DNA from: Planctomycetota bacterium
Lineage (GTDB): Bacteria; Planctomycetota; GCA-002687715
Assembly: GCA_009691765.1 (NCBI GenBank)
Contig: SIAO01000004.1
Location: 85,419-149,418 of the forward strand
DNA: 64,000 bases
Reading direction: 5' to 3'
Shown one piece after another: positions 8,215-18,654 of the stretch. The notes under the pieces were generated by a model. The model was given only the letters and a program-made list of their open reading frames with translations. It was not told where the DNA came from and did no database searches. Position 1 is the first letter of the stretch. Each line of letters starts with the position of its first letter. The position numbers and the translations under genes are program-made.

Positions 8215-11200
8215 CTACCCCGCTGCGGTATCCCCGGATGTTTCCGTCGCTTCCGTCTTGGGCGGGCGCGCACGGCGTGCGGCCAATGCCGACTCGAGCG
8301 GTGCAACGTTGGGCAACTCAGCTTCAGTGGCACGCAAGTTGCCTTGCGCATCAATCTGCTCAATACGCACACTCACGCGGCGCGAGACTCCGCGTTCGGG
8401 CATGGTGACGCCGAAAAGTCGGTCAGCGTGTTCCATGGTGCGCTTGGCATGGCTCACCACGATGAACTGACTCTTTTCACGCCATTCCGCAACAAGGCGC
8501 ACAAAGCGCTCCGTGTTTTCTTCGTCCAACGCTGCATCGACTTCATCGAGGAAAGCGCAAGGCGCGGGATGCGCACGGAAAATCGCGAACAGCAACGCAA
8601 CGGCTGTCAACGAACGCTCGCCGCCCGAAAGCAAGCTAATGCTCTGGAGTTCCTTGCCTGGTGGCTTGGCGCGGATCTCAATGCCCGATTCCAGCGGAAG
8701 ATCAGGATTCTCAAGATTGATCTCAGCGCGTCCACCACCGAACAAGCGGCGGTAAACCACACTGAAGTGTTCACGCACTGCGTTGAACGTATCGAGGAAG
8801 AGTTGCGTGCTCTGCTCTTCGATGGACTTGAGCACACGGTAGAGGTGCTCTTTCGATTTCACCAAGTCATCACGCTCGCGCAAGATGAACTCTGAGCGTT
8901 GCTCCGCAGCCTCGAGTTCCTCGACAGCGGCGAGATTCACATTGCCCAAGCGTTGGATTCGCTCTTTGAGTTCGCGCACTTCATCTTCGAGCACCACATC
9001 CGCGGCTGCGGAATCCGCAACATCTGCTGCTGGAACTTGCTCCGCTTCTTGAAGCCGCCTTGCCTCCTGCAATTCGAAGTCTGCAAGGTCAATACCGAGG
9101 TCTTCGCGCACATGGGATTGCAACGCTGAAAGCGCCGCCTTATTGGCGCCTTCAGAGGCACGCACCTCAGCGATGCTCTCCGCCAAGTCACCGAGCCGCT
9201 TTTCTGCGACATCGAGTTCGACTGATGCAGCACGCATGCGCTCGCGCACACGATCAGCGCCATGCTCCACATCCGCGAGTCGTCCAGCAACGCCGCCAAG
9301 CGCGGCTTCGGCTCCAGCCAGCTCTTGCGTTTCCAGTTCAAGCGCAGCGCGAGTTCGCTGAATGGTGCGCCCCAACTCGCTTTCTTCCGCCGACGCCGCT
9401 ACAGCGCGATCTTCGGTGTCGCGAATGCCCGCCGCGAGGAAGACTTGGCGCGCGCGCGCGGCGTCCAACTTCTCAGCCAACTTGGCTGCTGCAAGCCGGA
9501 CTTCATGCACTTCATGTTGATTGCGATCCACTTCAAACGTCTGAGCCTGCTCACGCTCGCGAGCCGCTTCGAGGATTCCCTGCGCGGCTTGGCGACCTTC
9601 CAGCAAACGCACATGCTCGCCGCGAGCCGTTTCCAAGCGCAGTTCTGCAGCTTCGATGGCTTCACGCAAGCGCATGTCTTCCGTCAAAAGCAACTCGCGA
9701 TCCTGCGCGAGGCGCTCCATTTCATTCACCAAACGCACGACTTCTTGGTCCAGTCTTGCGGCGTCACCCTCGGCCTTCACGAGCGAAACCGACAGTTCAC
9801 GCACACGCAAGCGCGCTGCATCGCGTTGTGACAGCAAAGCGCTGCAGCGCAGTTTGGCGGCATCGCGCTCCTCTGCGAGGCTCGCAAGGCGCTTCTCCAA
9901 ACGACGCGCCTCAGCTTGGAGCGTTACCAAGCCCGCAGAAGCATGACCGCCACGTGGGGTGGACAACATGCGACCAGAGCGCAGCACATCGCCATCAGCA
10001 CTCACGAGCATGGCGCCCGAGTGCTTGCCGCTGCGCAACTCCGCTTCGAATTCATCCCGAGCAAGAACACGCACACCTGCAAGCAACGCGCTCAGCACAT
10101 TGCCAATGTCCCTATTTGCTGGACGCACACCAGCAGGCAATTCCGCTTGCGCATCTTGAAAGCGGTCGAGCGGCAAAAAGATTGCACCGCCCAAACGCTT
10201 CTCACGCAAGAAGCGCAATCCTTCGACGGCTTCAGCGCCATCCGCCACAACCAGCGCTTGAGCCGCATCACCCAAAGCCGCTTCGATGCCACGCGCATCT
10301 TGGAACTCGACTTCAAAAAGATTCAGCAGCAGGCCGCGGAAGCCCGGCAAGAATTCGGGACGACGTGCTCGCTCGGCAAGGATGGCAAGAGTGCCTTCGT
10401 TGAGCCCTTCGCCGCGCCGCAGCGTATTCGTGAGCACATCTTTGCGGGCCTGTGCTCTGCTCAAATCGCTATCGAGTCGACGCTGTTCTTCGAGCGCACG
10501 ACTGGTTTCCGTTTCAAGCCGTTCGACTTCCAGCTCTGCGCCCGTGAGCCCAGAGCGCCGCTCTTCGAGCACGCTGGTGTGCTCTCCTTGCGTGCCACTG
10601 CGTTCACCGAGGAGGCCCTTGCGCTGCTCCATGTCCGCGAGGACGCGTTGCAAACGCTCGGCGCCGGCACCGAGGTTGCGTTGTTGATTGCTCAATTCGA
10701 CTTCTGCGCGAGCTTCGTCAGCTCCTGCCGCGGAAATCCCCCGCTCGAGCCCACCCATATCCTTCTCGGCAGCGGTGCGGACTTGCAAACACTCAGCGGA
10801 CTCTTGACGCGCTTGCTGTAAACGCGCCATCTCGGCCGCGAGTTGCGTGGCTGTGCTCTGCACATCGCGGGCCAACACTTCCGCTTCACGGCGAATGACG
10901 ATTTCTTCTTCCGTGAGCTCCTCGACAGCCCGGCGTGCCTCGCTAGCGTCGTTGCGCCGCGTCTTCAAACGCGCATCAGCTTCTTCGGCGTAGCGCCGTT
11001 GCAGTGCAATGGTCTCGCGCAAACTCGACAAGCGTCCTGCAAGCGTGGCATGCTCTTCACGCGCGCCGGCCACTCGTTCTACAGTTGCTCCCAGTTCACC
11101 TTCAACTGTGGACGCCGACGCCTTCGCACTCTCGCGTTGCGCTTGAGCCGCATCGCGCAAGGCATACAGCTCGCCGAGTCGCGCCGCGATCCCAGCTTCT

Positions 11201-11922
11201 GCATTCGCAAGAGCTTTCAGTCGCGCGAGAGCAAAGCGGCCTTGCACTTGCTTCAAACGCTCGGTCAGTTCGCGGTAACTGCGCGCCTTGCCCGCATGGA
11301 GTTTGAGCGAGCGAATCTGGCGCGAGATTTCTTCCACGACATCGGCGAGGCGGGCGAGATTCTCGTCCACCTTTTGCAGCTTCAACTCGGTTTCATGACG
11401 GCGGGTACGGAAGCGCGAGATACCGGCGGCTTCTTCGAACACGCGTCGGCGGTCTTGCGGGTTGTTCGCGAGCACCGCGTCGATCTTGCCCTGCTCCATG
11501 AACGCATAGCCACCATTGCCAAGCCCAGTGCCGGCAAAGAGATCGCGCACATCTTTCAGTCGAACGGGCCGACCATTCAGCAAGTACTCCGTCTCGCCGG
11601 TGCGAAACACGCGGCGCGTCACTTGCACTTCATCGCTGTCCTCGCCCAAAACACGGTCGCTGTTTTGAAAGACAAGCGTGCCTTCGCACAGGCCCATAGG
11701 CGGGCGGCGCACGGTGCCGTTGAAGATGACGTCCGTCATCTCGCGGCCACGCAGTGATGTTGGGCGCTGCTCGCCGAGCACCCACTTCACGGCGTCGATC
11801 ACATTGGATTTGCCGCAACCATTGGGGCCCACGATGCATGTGAGTCCACCGCCTTCGAAGACGAACTCCGTTCGGTCGGCAAAAGACTTGAAGCCATGCA
11901 CGATCAACCGCTGCAGCCGCAT
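8215..11922 (-). CDS. smc: chromosome partition protein Smc
   Basis: 1235 aa. N-terminal GPNGCGKSN Walker A, long coiled coils, and a C-terminal LSGGE...DEVDAALD signature with Walker B. Confidence 0.95.
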   Translation of the reverse strand: MRLQRLIVHGFKSFADRTEFVFEGGGLTCIVGPNGCGKSNVIDAVKWVLGEQRPTSLRGREMTDVIFNGTVRRPPMGLCEGTLVFQNSDRVLGEDSDEVQVTRRVFRTGETEYLLNGRPVRLKDVRDLFAGTGLGNGGYAFMEQGKIDAVLANNPQDRRRVFEEAAGISRFRTRRHETELKLQKVDENLARLADVVEEISRQIRSLKLHAGKARSYRELTERLKQVQGRFALARLKALANAEAGIAARLGELYALRDAAQAQRESAKASASTVEGELGATVERVAGAREEHATLAGRLSSLRETIALQRRYAEEADARLKTRRNDASEARRAVEELTEEEIVIRREAEVLARDVQSTATQLAAEMARLQQARQESAECLQVRTAAEKDMGGLERGISAAGADEARAEVELSNQQRNLGAGAERLQRVLADMEQRKGLLGERSGTQGEHTSVLEERRSGLTGAELEVERLETETSRALEEQRRLDSDLSRAQARKDVLTNTLRRGEGLNEGTLAILAERARRPEFLPGFRGLLLNLFEVEFQDARGIEAALGDAAQALVVADGAEAVEGLRFLREKRLGGAIFLPLDRFQDAQAELPAGVRPANRDIGNVLSALLAGVRVLARDEFEAELRSGKHSGAMLVSADGDVLRSGRMLSTPRGGHASAGLVTLQAEARRLEKRLASLAEERDAAKLRCSALLSQRDAARLRVRELSVSLVKAEGDAARLDQEVVRLVNEMERLAQDRELLLTEDMRLREAIEAAELRLETARGEHVRLLEGRQAAQGILEAAREREQAQTFEVDRNQHEVHEVRLAAAKLAEKLDAARARQVFLAAGIRDTEDRAVAASAEESELGRTIQRTRAALELETQELAGAEAALGGVAGRLADVEHGADRVRERMRAASVELDVAEKRLGDLAESIAEVRASEGANKAALSALQSHVREDLGIDLADFELQEARRLQEAEQVPAADVADSAAADVVLEDEVRELKERIQRLGNVNLAAVEELEAAEQRSEFILRERDDLVKSKEHLYRVLKSIEEQSTQLFLDTFNAVREHFSVVYRRLFGGGRAEINLENPDLPLESGIEIRAKPPGKELQSISLLSGGERSLTAVALLFAIFRAHPAPCAFLDEVDAALDEENTERFVRLVAEWREKSQFIVVSHAKRTMEHADRLFGVTMPERGVSRRVSVRIEQIDAQGNLRATEAELPNVAPLESALAARRARPPKTEATETSGDTAAG

Positions 11923-12010
11923 CGCAACACCCCATCGGGTGGCAGGGCCTTAGCCAAGGCCACTGCATTTACCCGCCCGGTGGGAGCATAGCCCCTCGCC
12001 TGCTGATTTC

Positions 12011-13783
12011 CTATCCGTGAGACTGCGCGCGGAACAGGTCGCCTTGCACCTCCAGAACGCCAGATTCCGGAGCCGGAAAGCAGACACTTTCGAGGCGCGT
12101 TCGGCTGCGTAACTGGCGCAGCATTGCAGGGATGCCTTGAGGCGGTAGCAGAGCTGCGGGCAACGGAATCGGTCCCAACATGCGCTCGCTCAGCTTCGAA
12201 GCGAGAAGCTCTCGGTTGCCACTTCCGAACAAGGGGATCTCCACGGGCAGCAAAGCTTGCGCTCCGGCAGCATGCTCCGAACTGGCTTCGAGAAAGCGGC
12301 GGCGCTGTGCGCTGTCCACCCAAAACCCGACGCGCCGCGGACGCGGTGCAGCATCGCTCGCGGCGTAGTCGAGATGGCCAAGCAAACGTGCCGCGAGACG
12401 CGGATGGTCTTGGCTGCGACCGGCACCCGCACTGACGAGCCGACTGAGCGCCGCGCCAAGACCCCAAATGCTGACATGCGTTTCTTCGTTCAGAGGCACG
12501 TCAAGACCAGTGGCTTCGTGGAGCGCGGCTCGCACGCTGGCTCCGTCCACGAGACCGCAGCGCTCCGCTTCAGCGGTGTGCACCAATCCGGCAGCCTTGC
12601 TCATGACAACATCGGCCTGCTCTGGTCCAGCAACACCTTCGAGCAGCACTGGGAGATTGAGCGCAACTTCGAGCAAAGCACTGCGCCGCTGCGTCAAAGC
12701 GTTGCGCAAGCGCACACTGTCGCCAGCGCTCACGATTTGACTCAAGAGAGCTGCTTCCTCGGCGTCCGGAATGCCGTCTTGCAGATTCCACTCAACGCGA
12801 ATCCCTAACCCGGCCGCATGCGTACCGAGCGCGTCGTGATGACTGCGCAAAGGCGCCAGATCAATCTGCACCCAGGCCCCGGCCCCTGCGCGGCGCGCAT
12901 CAGCCACAGCTTCCACCAACGCATGAACCGCTTCGGCGCCATAGCGGCGGAGCAAGGCCTCAAACCCTGGAATCCACAGATTCGAGCGCACACATGGCAA
13001 GAGGATGCGCACCAAGCGCGCGAGAGCCGGCAAAGTGCAAGGCGCATCTTCTGCTGCCAAGCCGAGGAACGCTGGGCGGAAGGGATCGCCAATTCCCGGC
13101 AACGCGATCAAACGATTTTCGACAGCGGCCGCCACGGCCCCGGAGTGAATCTCTTGAAGCATGAGCCGCTCAAGGACTTCGTTGGCGATGGCGCGATCGC
13201 ACAGCGCAGCTTGGCCGCCGGAATCGCTACAGAGTTCGCCGAGGCGTCGCGGTGACAACGACACCGTCGCCGCAGAACGCAACGTCGTGCCGTCGAGCTT
13301 CATCAATCCTGTCGCGGCCAGTTCGGTGACAAGCCCAGATGGAACGCGCTCAATTCCGAGCCGCGCAAGATGACGCTCCACGCTTGCGACCAAATCTGTC
13401 ACAAGCAACTCGGGCAGGCCGGTGCGCCGCACGAGGCTTGCTGCAAGGCGCTGCCGCGACCAAGGGGCATCGCCTCCGGGCGCATGAATCAGCAGTTTTG
13501 AAAGCAGCGTGTCGCGCAGTTCCCGCGTTTCGACGAGGCGCGCAGCAGCGTCTTCGTGGCCCGTGGCCTGCAAGACCCGCACAAACATGTCATCCAAATC
13601 ATGTTCGGCGATATCGCCGGGTGGACGATTCAGCTCAAGATGGCGCAGCACCGCGCTGGCCAGTTCGCGAGCAAGAGCGCCGTCGCGCTCACCGCATTCG
13701 CAGAGCACGACCTCAAGGTCCAGCTCCAAACGCTGCAACAACAGCGGCTCGGTAGTGCCATCACGCCTTAGGACTCGGCGCAT
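12011..13783 (-). CDS. ATP-cone domain protein of unknown function
   Basis: N-terminal ~90 aa (VLRRDGTTEPLLLQRL...VRVL...ETRELRD) fits the ATP-cone pattern. The remaining ~500 aa is Ala/Leu/Arg-rich with no recognisable RNR or other domain. Start overlaps the nrdR stop by ~20 nt. Confidence 0.55.
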   Translation of the reverse strand: MRRVLRRDGTTEPLLLQRLELDLEVVLCECGERDGALARELASAVLRHLELNRPPGDIAEHDLDDMFVRVLQATGHEDAAARLVETRELRDTLLSKLLIHAPGGDAPWSRQRLAASLVRRTGLPELLVTDLVASVERHLARLGIERVPSGLVTELAATGLMKLDGTTLRSAATVSLSPRRLGELCSDSGGQAALCDRAIANEVLERLMLQEIHSGAVAAAVENRLIALPGIGDPFRPAFLGLAAEDAPCTLPALARLVRILLPCVRSNLWIPGFEALLRRYGAEAVHALVEAVADARRAGAGAWVQIDLAPLRSHHDALGTHAAGLGIRVEWNLQDGIPDAEEAALLSQIVSAGDSVRLRNALTQRRSALLEVALNLPVLLEGVAGPEQADVVMSKAAGLVHTAEAERCGLVDGASVRAALHEATGLDVPLNEETHVSIWGLGAALSRLVSAGAGRSQDHPRLAARLLGHLDYAASDAAPRPRRVGFWVDSAQRRRFLEASSEHAAGAQALLPVEIPLFGSGNRELLASKLSERMLGPIPLPAALLPPQGIPAMLRQLRSRTRLESVCFPAPESGVLEVQGDLFRAQSHG

Positions 13784-14243
13784 CGCCACCCTCCGCGCTG
13801 AGCATCTGCCGCAGCTCCACCATGAACTCCTTGCTGTCCTTGAATTCGCGGTAAACGGACGCGAAGCGCACATAGGCCACCTGATCGAGAGTGCGCAGCT
13901 CAGCCATCACGAAGTCACCGATGATGCGGCTTGAAACTTCAGTGCCAAACATCTCACTCACGCGCGCTTCGATGCGACTGGTGACTTCTTCAAGAGTCTC
14001 GGTGGACACAGGCCGCTTGTGGCAAGCCAGCAGCAGCCCACTCAGAATCTTCTGACGATCGAAAGGCACACGCGAACCATCCTTCTTCACCACACGCAGT
14101 GGCATCTCTTCGATGCGCTCGTACGTGGTGTAGCGTCGCGAGCAATCGAGACACTCACGCCGACGCCGAATGACAGCCTGCTCGTTGCACGCACGAGAAT
14201 CGATCACTTTGTCTTCAATAGCTTTGCAAAATGGGCAGCGCAT
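13761..14243 (-). CDS. nrdR: transcriptional repressor NrdR
   Basis: MRCPFC...CLDCSRRYTTYE zinc ribbon followed by an ATP cone, 160 aa. Confidence 0.9.
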   Translation of the reverse strand: MRCPFCKAIEDKVIDSRACNEQAVIRRRRECLDCSRRYTTYERIEEMPLRVVKKDGSRVPFDRQKILSGLLLACHKRPVSTETLEEVTSRIEARVSEMFGTEVSSRIIGDFVMAELRTLDQVAYVRFASVYREFKDSKEFMVELRQMLSAEGGDAPSPKA

Positions 14244-14289
14244 GGGCGGCTCCTCATATCACCGGACGCGCGAGTGCGTCAAGCGACAC

Positions 14290-15576
14290 TCATTTGCCGA
14301 TGCAGAAACCGCTGAAAATGCGATCAAGCAACGCCGTGGGCGCATCTCTGCCACTGAGCGTGCCTGACGCCGCGAGCGCAGCATGCAAGTCTGCTGCTAC
14401 GAGCTCGCCCGCCGCCTGCGTCACAAGTCCCGCTGCCGCAGTGCGCAACGCCACCGCAACTTGTGCACAAGCCTCAGCCTGCCGCACATTGAGCAAACCG
14501 ACGCGCGCGTCACCGTGCTCGAGGGCGTCCCGAATGGCCGCTCGCAACTCCGCGAGGCCTGTGCCGCTACTCCCACTCACATGCAGCCCTTCACCACCCG
14601 CCAGAAGATCGGCGTGGGTCCAGACTCTGAGTGAACGCGCCGTCAGAAGTGCCGCAGTCTGACCAGGTCGGCGCACCTCAAGAAACAAGTCTGCTGTCGA
14701 TTCCAAGCGGCGGCGCGCAGCATGCGCTGCAAGATCCGCGACACTTTCACCAACATCGTCGCCTGCAGTGTCGACCAGCGTGATGGCGCTGCCTGCGCAA
14801 TCCAGATCCGCATGCACCGGATCGCGCGTCGTCCCTACTTCGGCCGAAACGAGAGCACGGCTGTGTCCAAGTAGAGCATTGAACAGTGTGGATTTTCCAG
14901 CGTTCGCCGGGCCGCGGAGCAAGACCAGGCGACGCGCCGCACCCGCCGTTGCCACAGTGCCTTGCGCCGCCAACGCTTCGATTTGCTGCGCGGCTTGCTC
15001 CAAACGCGCCACAGCATCCTCTGGCAATGGAATGGCCACATCTTGATCCGAGAAATCAAACCCCAGTTCCAACGGAATCAGGACATGATGCACCGCGGAT
15101 TCCAAAGCAAGGAGACGCTGACCGAGGCCGCCTGCGAGCATGGCCATGGCGGCGCAGCGCTCCGCTTCACCCTCGGCCGCAGTGAGCATGGCCACAGCTT
15201 CGGCTTGACTCAAATCGAGCTTGCCGTTGCTGAAAGCGCGGCGTGTGAACTCGCCAGGCTGCGCGAGTTCCACATTCTGCTCCAGCAACTGGCGCAGGAG
15301 TGTGGCCACGAGCAACGCTGAACCCGGCACATGCAACTCAGCGCAATCTTCACCTGTAGCGCTGCGCGGCGCGAGCCGTAGCCACAGCGTGCACGGCACA
15401 GAAAGAGAATCGAAGTGCAACTCACCTTCGTAGAGACCCGCCGCTTGCACTGGCTTGGCCGCCACGAAAATAGACTGCACTGCTGCAAGCGCTGCGGGCC
15501 CGCTCAGGCGCACGATGCTGCGCGCTGCCGGGCCGCGAGCGCTGGCCACCGCCACAATCGTGCGGCCCGCGGTCAT
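14290..15576 (-). CDS. mnmE: tRNA modification GTPase MnmE
   Basis: G domain GPANAGKSTLFNAL with DTAG, and the C-terminal CIGK hallmark. Confidence 0.9.
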   Translation of the reverse strand: MTAGRTIVAVASARGPAARSIVRLSGPAALAAVQSIFVAAKPVQAAGLYEGELHFDSLSVPCTLWLRLAPRSATGEDCAELHVPGSALLVATLLRQLLEQNVELAQPGEFTRRAFSNGKLDLSQAEAVAMLTAAEGEAERCAAMAMLAGGLGQRLLALESAVHHVLIPLELGFDFSDQDVAIPLPEDAVARLEQAAQQIEALAAQGTVATAGAARRLVLLRGPANAGKSTLFNALLGHSRALVSAEVGTTRDPVHADLDCAGSAITLVDTAGDDVGESVADLAAHAARRRLESTADLFLEVRRPGQTAALLTARSLRVWTHADLLAGGEGLHVSGSSGTGLAELRAAIRDALEHGDARVGLLNVRQAEACAQVAVALRTAAAGLVTQAAGELVAADLHAALAASGTLSGRDAPTALLDRIFSGFCIGK

Positions 15577-15579
15577 CGC

Positions 15580-17382
15580 TTAACTCGCTGCGTTTGTACG
15601 CAGCTTGCGGATGATGCGACTCTCGACGATGCCGATCGTGCTGCTCACCAGCCAATAGAGCGACAAGCCTGCGGCGTAGCCATACATCATGAACCCGAAG
15701 AGGATCGGCATGAACAGCATCATCTTGCGCTGCTGTTCCATTTGCGGATCAGTGCTCGCCGGCTTCGGCATCAGATACGAGTTCAGGAACCAAGCGATGG
15801 TCATAAGGATTGGCAGCAGGTGCAGACCCGTCAGGGCCGGAGCGCCACCCATGCACGCGCCGCAACCGGGGATCGCTCCGCAGAGCGACAGCGGATTGGA
15901 CACTGCTTCAGCAAAGCGAATCAGATGATCGGGTTGCGACAAATCCGCCACCCAGAACCACGAAGCTTGACGCAGATCGATGGAAGCGCGAAGCGCGGCA
16001 AACAACCCGAAGAAGATCGGAATCTGCAGCAACATCGGCAAGCAGCCACCGAGCGGCACCAGCTTCACCTTCTCCGCGCGCATCAACTTCATTTGCTCGG
16101 CGGCAAACAGGCGTCCGTCTTTTTCGTGCAGCTTGCGCAGCGCGTCCAACTTGGGCTTCAAGCGCGCCATGCCTTCCTGATGGCGAGCCATGGCGTCTTG
16201 CGAGCGACGATTCACAGGGAACAACACAAGACGCACACACAGCGTCAACAAGATGATCGCGAGACCCCAGTTGCCTCCGACGCTGTGGCAGACGTCGAGC
16301 ATCCACAGCACTGCGCGCCCGACCAAGCGAGCCCAACCGAGTTGATCGGTGTAGATCGAAGTGAGCGCAGCGGCGTCTTCAGCCTGCCCCGGAAAATCCG
16401 CCACGATGATCTTGGCATCGAGCGGGCCAAGGTAGAGCACGGCTTCATACACCGTTGCGGGCTGGCCGCACTGAGCGCGCGCTCCAAAACCCAATGAAGA
16501 GGATGTGCGCAGCTCCGTAGCACCACCGTCGCCACGATCGCCAGGCGGCATGGCGTGCACGATGGCCTCAACGGGGCCGGGAAAGTTCGTCAACAACAGC
16601 ACCGCGCCGAAGTAGTTCGACAGATCGGCCGTGAAGCGTCGCGTGCCTCCGAGTGGGATTCTCGATCCGCGATTGTCCTCGCCCGCCTCCTGTGCCGTGA
16701 CGATGCGCAATGCGTTGTCAACGCTGCGCAACACCGCGCGCGAAGGCGACATAGCCGAACCACCGAGCTCTTGGAACACGCCACGAGTGACTGTCAGAGT
16801 GAGTTCTGGTGACAGCACCGCATTCTCTGCGCCCCGTGCTTCGACACTGATGCGCACCGTCGCGTGACGCGTGTCTCCAGGCGGCAAGCTCACTTCCTTG
16901 CGCAGCACCAACGACGCACCGGAGCGTTCGACCGTGCGCTCCAGCTTGACGGTGCGACCATCGACACTGCGGCTCATAGTCCACGGTGTGCCGGCACCAA
17001 GATCGTCTTTCTTCTCTTCGTTCAGTTCGAGTGCGCCCGTGCCGTCTGCTTGTGCCGTCCACAACGGCAACGTGGTTTTCCCGTCACCAGCGTTCGGGTG
17101 ATAGTCCTTCAACTCTGCGGACTTGAGCAAACCACCCGCATTGGTGAACACCAAGCGCAGCCGGTCGTTCTCAAGCACCTCTTCGCGCACATCCTCAGGA
17201 CGAAGCGCCGTCACCAGCGGTTTCGCAGGCGTCGGCGTCGCCTCAACAGGTTTCTGTTCCACGGGAGTCTGAGCCGCAGGCTTGGGATTCGGTGCAGGCT
17301 CGGCTTGGTCGCTGAATGCCCACTGCCAACCGAACAACACAACGAGGCTCAGGACGAGCGCGAGCAGGAATCGCTTTTCCAT
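15580..17382 (-). CDS. yidC: membrane protein insertase YidC
   Basis: N-terminal TM, a large periplasmic domain, and a conserved C-terminal five-TM core (GCLPMLLQIPIFFGLF). Confidence 0.9.
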   Translation of the reverse strand: MEKRFLLALVLSLVVLFGWQWAFSDQAEPAPNPKPAAQTPVEQKPVEATPTPAKPLVTALRPEDVREEVLENDRLRLVFTNAGGLLKSAELKDYHPNAGDGKTTLPLWTAQADGTGALELNEEKKDDLGAGTPWTMSRSVDGRTVKLERTVERSGASLVLRKEVSLPPGDTRHATVRISVEARGAENAVLSPELTLTVTRGVFQELGGSAMSPSRAVLRSVDNALRIVTAQEAGEDNRGSRIPLGGTRRFTADLSNYFGAVLLLTNFPGPVEAIVHAMPPGDRGDGGATELRTSSSLGFGARAQCGQPATVYEAVLYLGPLDAKIIVADFPGQAEDAAALTSIYTDQLGWARLVGRAVLWMLDVCHSVGGNWGLAIILLTLCVRLVLFPVNRRSQDAMARHQEGMARLKPKLDALRKLHEKDGRLFAAEQMKLMRAEKVKLVPLGGCLPMLLQIPIFFGLFAALRASIDLRQASWFWVADLSQPDHLIRFAEAVSNPLSLCGAIPGCGACMGGAPALTGLHLLPILMTIAWFLNSYLMPKPASTDPQMEQQRKMMLFMPILFGFMMYGYAAGLSLYWLVSSTIGIVESRIIRKLRTNAAS

Positions 17383-17384
17383 AG

Positions 17385-18134
17385 CTATTGCCCAACCTGG
17401 AGGCGCTTGGCGAGAAAGTCATCGAGCTCGGCCACAGCGCGGATTTTCTTCATCGTGGTCTGATAGTCGTACGCCACACGGCGAAACTGCATCCGATCAC
17501 CATCTAAGAGAACATAGCAGGCGGTGTTTTGACCGTCCCGCGGTTGTCCAACACTTCCGACATTCACGAGCGTCTTCTCAAGCGGCAGCGTGAACCAACC
17601 GTCGAACTCCGATTGGTGCGCAAAGGTGAAGCCTTCACGAATCACGCCCGGCACGTGAGTATGCCCACCGAAGGCCACGCGTCCGTCGAAACTGCGAAAC
17701 ACGGCGGCCATCTCCGTCATGTTCAAGGAGTCCTTCGGCAGGATGTACTCCTCGATTGGCGAACGCGGCGATGCATGCACGAAGAGCTGCTCGCCTTCTT
17801 GGCGACTGTGCAACATGCGCTCGATGCGGTCCCACAGCGCATAGTTGGCCTCCCGCGAAAAGGCCTTCGAGTTGAGCTCGCACCGTGTCCAGTCGAGCGC
17901 CTTGCGCGCGCGCGGATTGAATTTCAAAGCCCCGTCTTGCAGTCCCTGCTCGTGGTTGCCGAGCAACACGAAATCGCAGCGATCCATCAGTTCGAGGGTC
18001 TCACGCGGATTAGGCCCATACCCGATGACATCGCCCAAACACACCGTGCGTTGCACGGGGAATGCGGCACTGTCTGCGAAGACGGCAGTCAGCGCTTCGA
18101 GATTGGAGTGAAGGTCGCTGATGATGGCCAGCAT
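17385..18134 (-). CDS. metallophosphoesterase (calcineurin-like, YfcE/MJ0936 family)
   Basis: Motifs DLHSN, GDVIGYGP, GNHE and GHTH. Confidence 0.75.
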   Translation of the reverse strand: MLAIISDLHSNLEALTAVFADSAAFPVQRTVCLGDVIGYGPNPRETLELMDRCDFVLLGNHEQGLQDGALKFNPRARKALDWTRCELNSKAFSREANYALWDRIERMLHSRQEGEQLFVHASPRSPIEEYILPKDSLNMTEMAAVFRSFDGRVAFGGHTHVPGVIREGFTFAHQSEFDGWFTLPLEKTLVNVGSVGQPRDGQNTACYVLLDGDRMQFRRVAYDYQTTMKKIRAVAELDDFLAKRLQVGQ

Positions 18135-18149
18135 TGGTGGAGCCGAGGT

Positions 18150-18644
18150 TTAGCAAGCTCCTGCACGCTGCACCACCACGCCTTCTATACGCAAGAGCTC
18201 TACTTTGAGGCTTGTGCCACGCGGACTACTGAAGCCGCCGAGCTTCCCGCCGCTCGCAAGAACCCTGTGACAAGGCACAATCAGCGGCCATGGATTCGTG
18301 CGCATCACTTGGCCCACGGCACGTGCCGCCGCAGGCGAACCGGCCCGTTCCGCCAACTCGGCATAGCTGAGCGTTTTCCCTCGTGGCACCTTGCGCAACG
18401 CAAGCAGAACGCGCCGTTGAAAGTCGCGGAGGTTTTCATCCGCCAACGTGATCTTGGCAGCCGCAGGATCCACCAGACCACCCTTTGCGTAGTCCTGCAA
18501 CAGACTCGCTAACTTGGCGCAACCCGCTACCGCTGGACCTTCCAGCGCCTGCCCCGGCAAACCAACACGCGAGAGTCGCTCACCTTCCCACTTCAAGGAA
18601 AACTCGCCGAGTGCCGTCGAGACGCGTTGGATGCCTTGTTGCAT
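18150..18644 (-). CDS. ogt: methylated-DNA--protein-cysteine methyltransferase
   Basis: PCHRV active-site Cys motif. Internal ATG start at 18644; the ORF track extends to 18710. Confidence 0.8.
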   Translation of the reverse strand: MQQGIQRVSTALGEFSLKWEGERLSRVGLPGQALEGPAVAGCAKLASLLQDYAKGGLVDPAAAKITLADENLRDFQRRVLLALRKVPRGKTLSYAELAERAGSPAAARAVGQVMRTNPWPLIVPCHRVLASGGKLGGFSSPRGTSLKVELLRIEGVVVQRAGAC

Positions 18645-18654
18645 GTAGTGCCTT

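Noticed and set aside
9060-10403. 447-aa plus-strand ORF.
   Set aside because: It lies entirely antisense to smc and is Pro/Arg/His-rich. This is a typical high-GC antisense open frame.
5193-11960. Shared 10-mer agccaaggcc in two intergenic regions, 5193-5203 and 11949-11960.
   Set aside because: Given ~3 kb of total intergenic sequence, several chance 10-mer matches are expected. There is no extended similarity around it.
15415-18512. Long plus-strand ORFs 15415-16497 and 17529-18512.
   Set aside because: They are antisense to yidC and to the metallophosphoesterase/ogt genes. Their composition is biased and they have no motifs.
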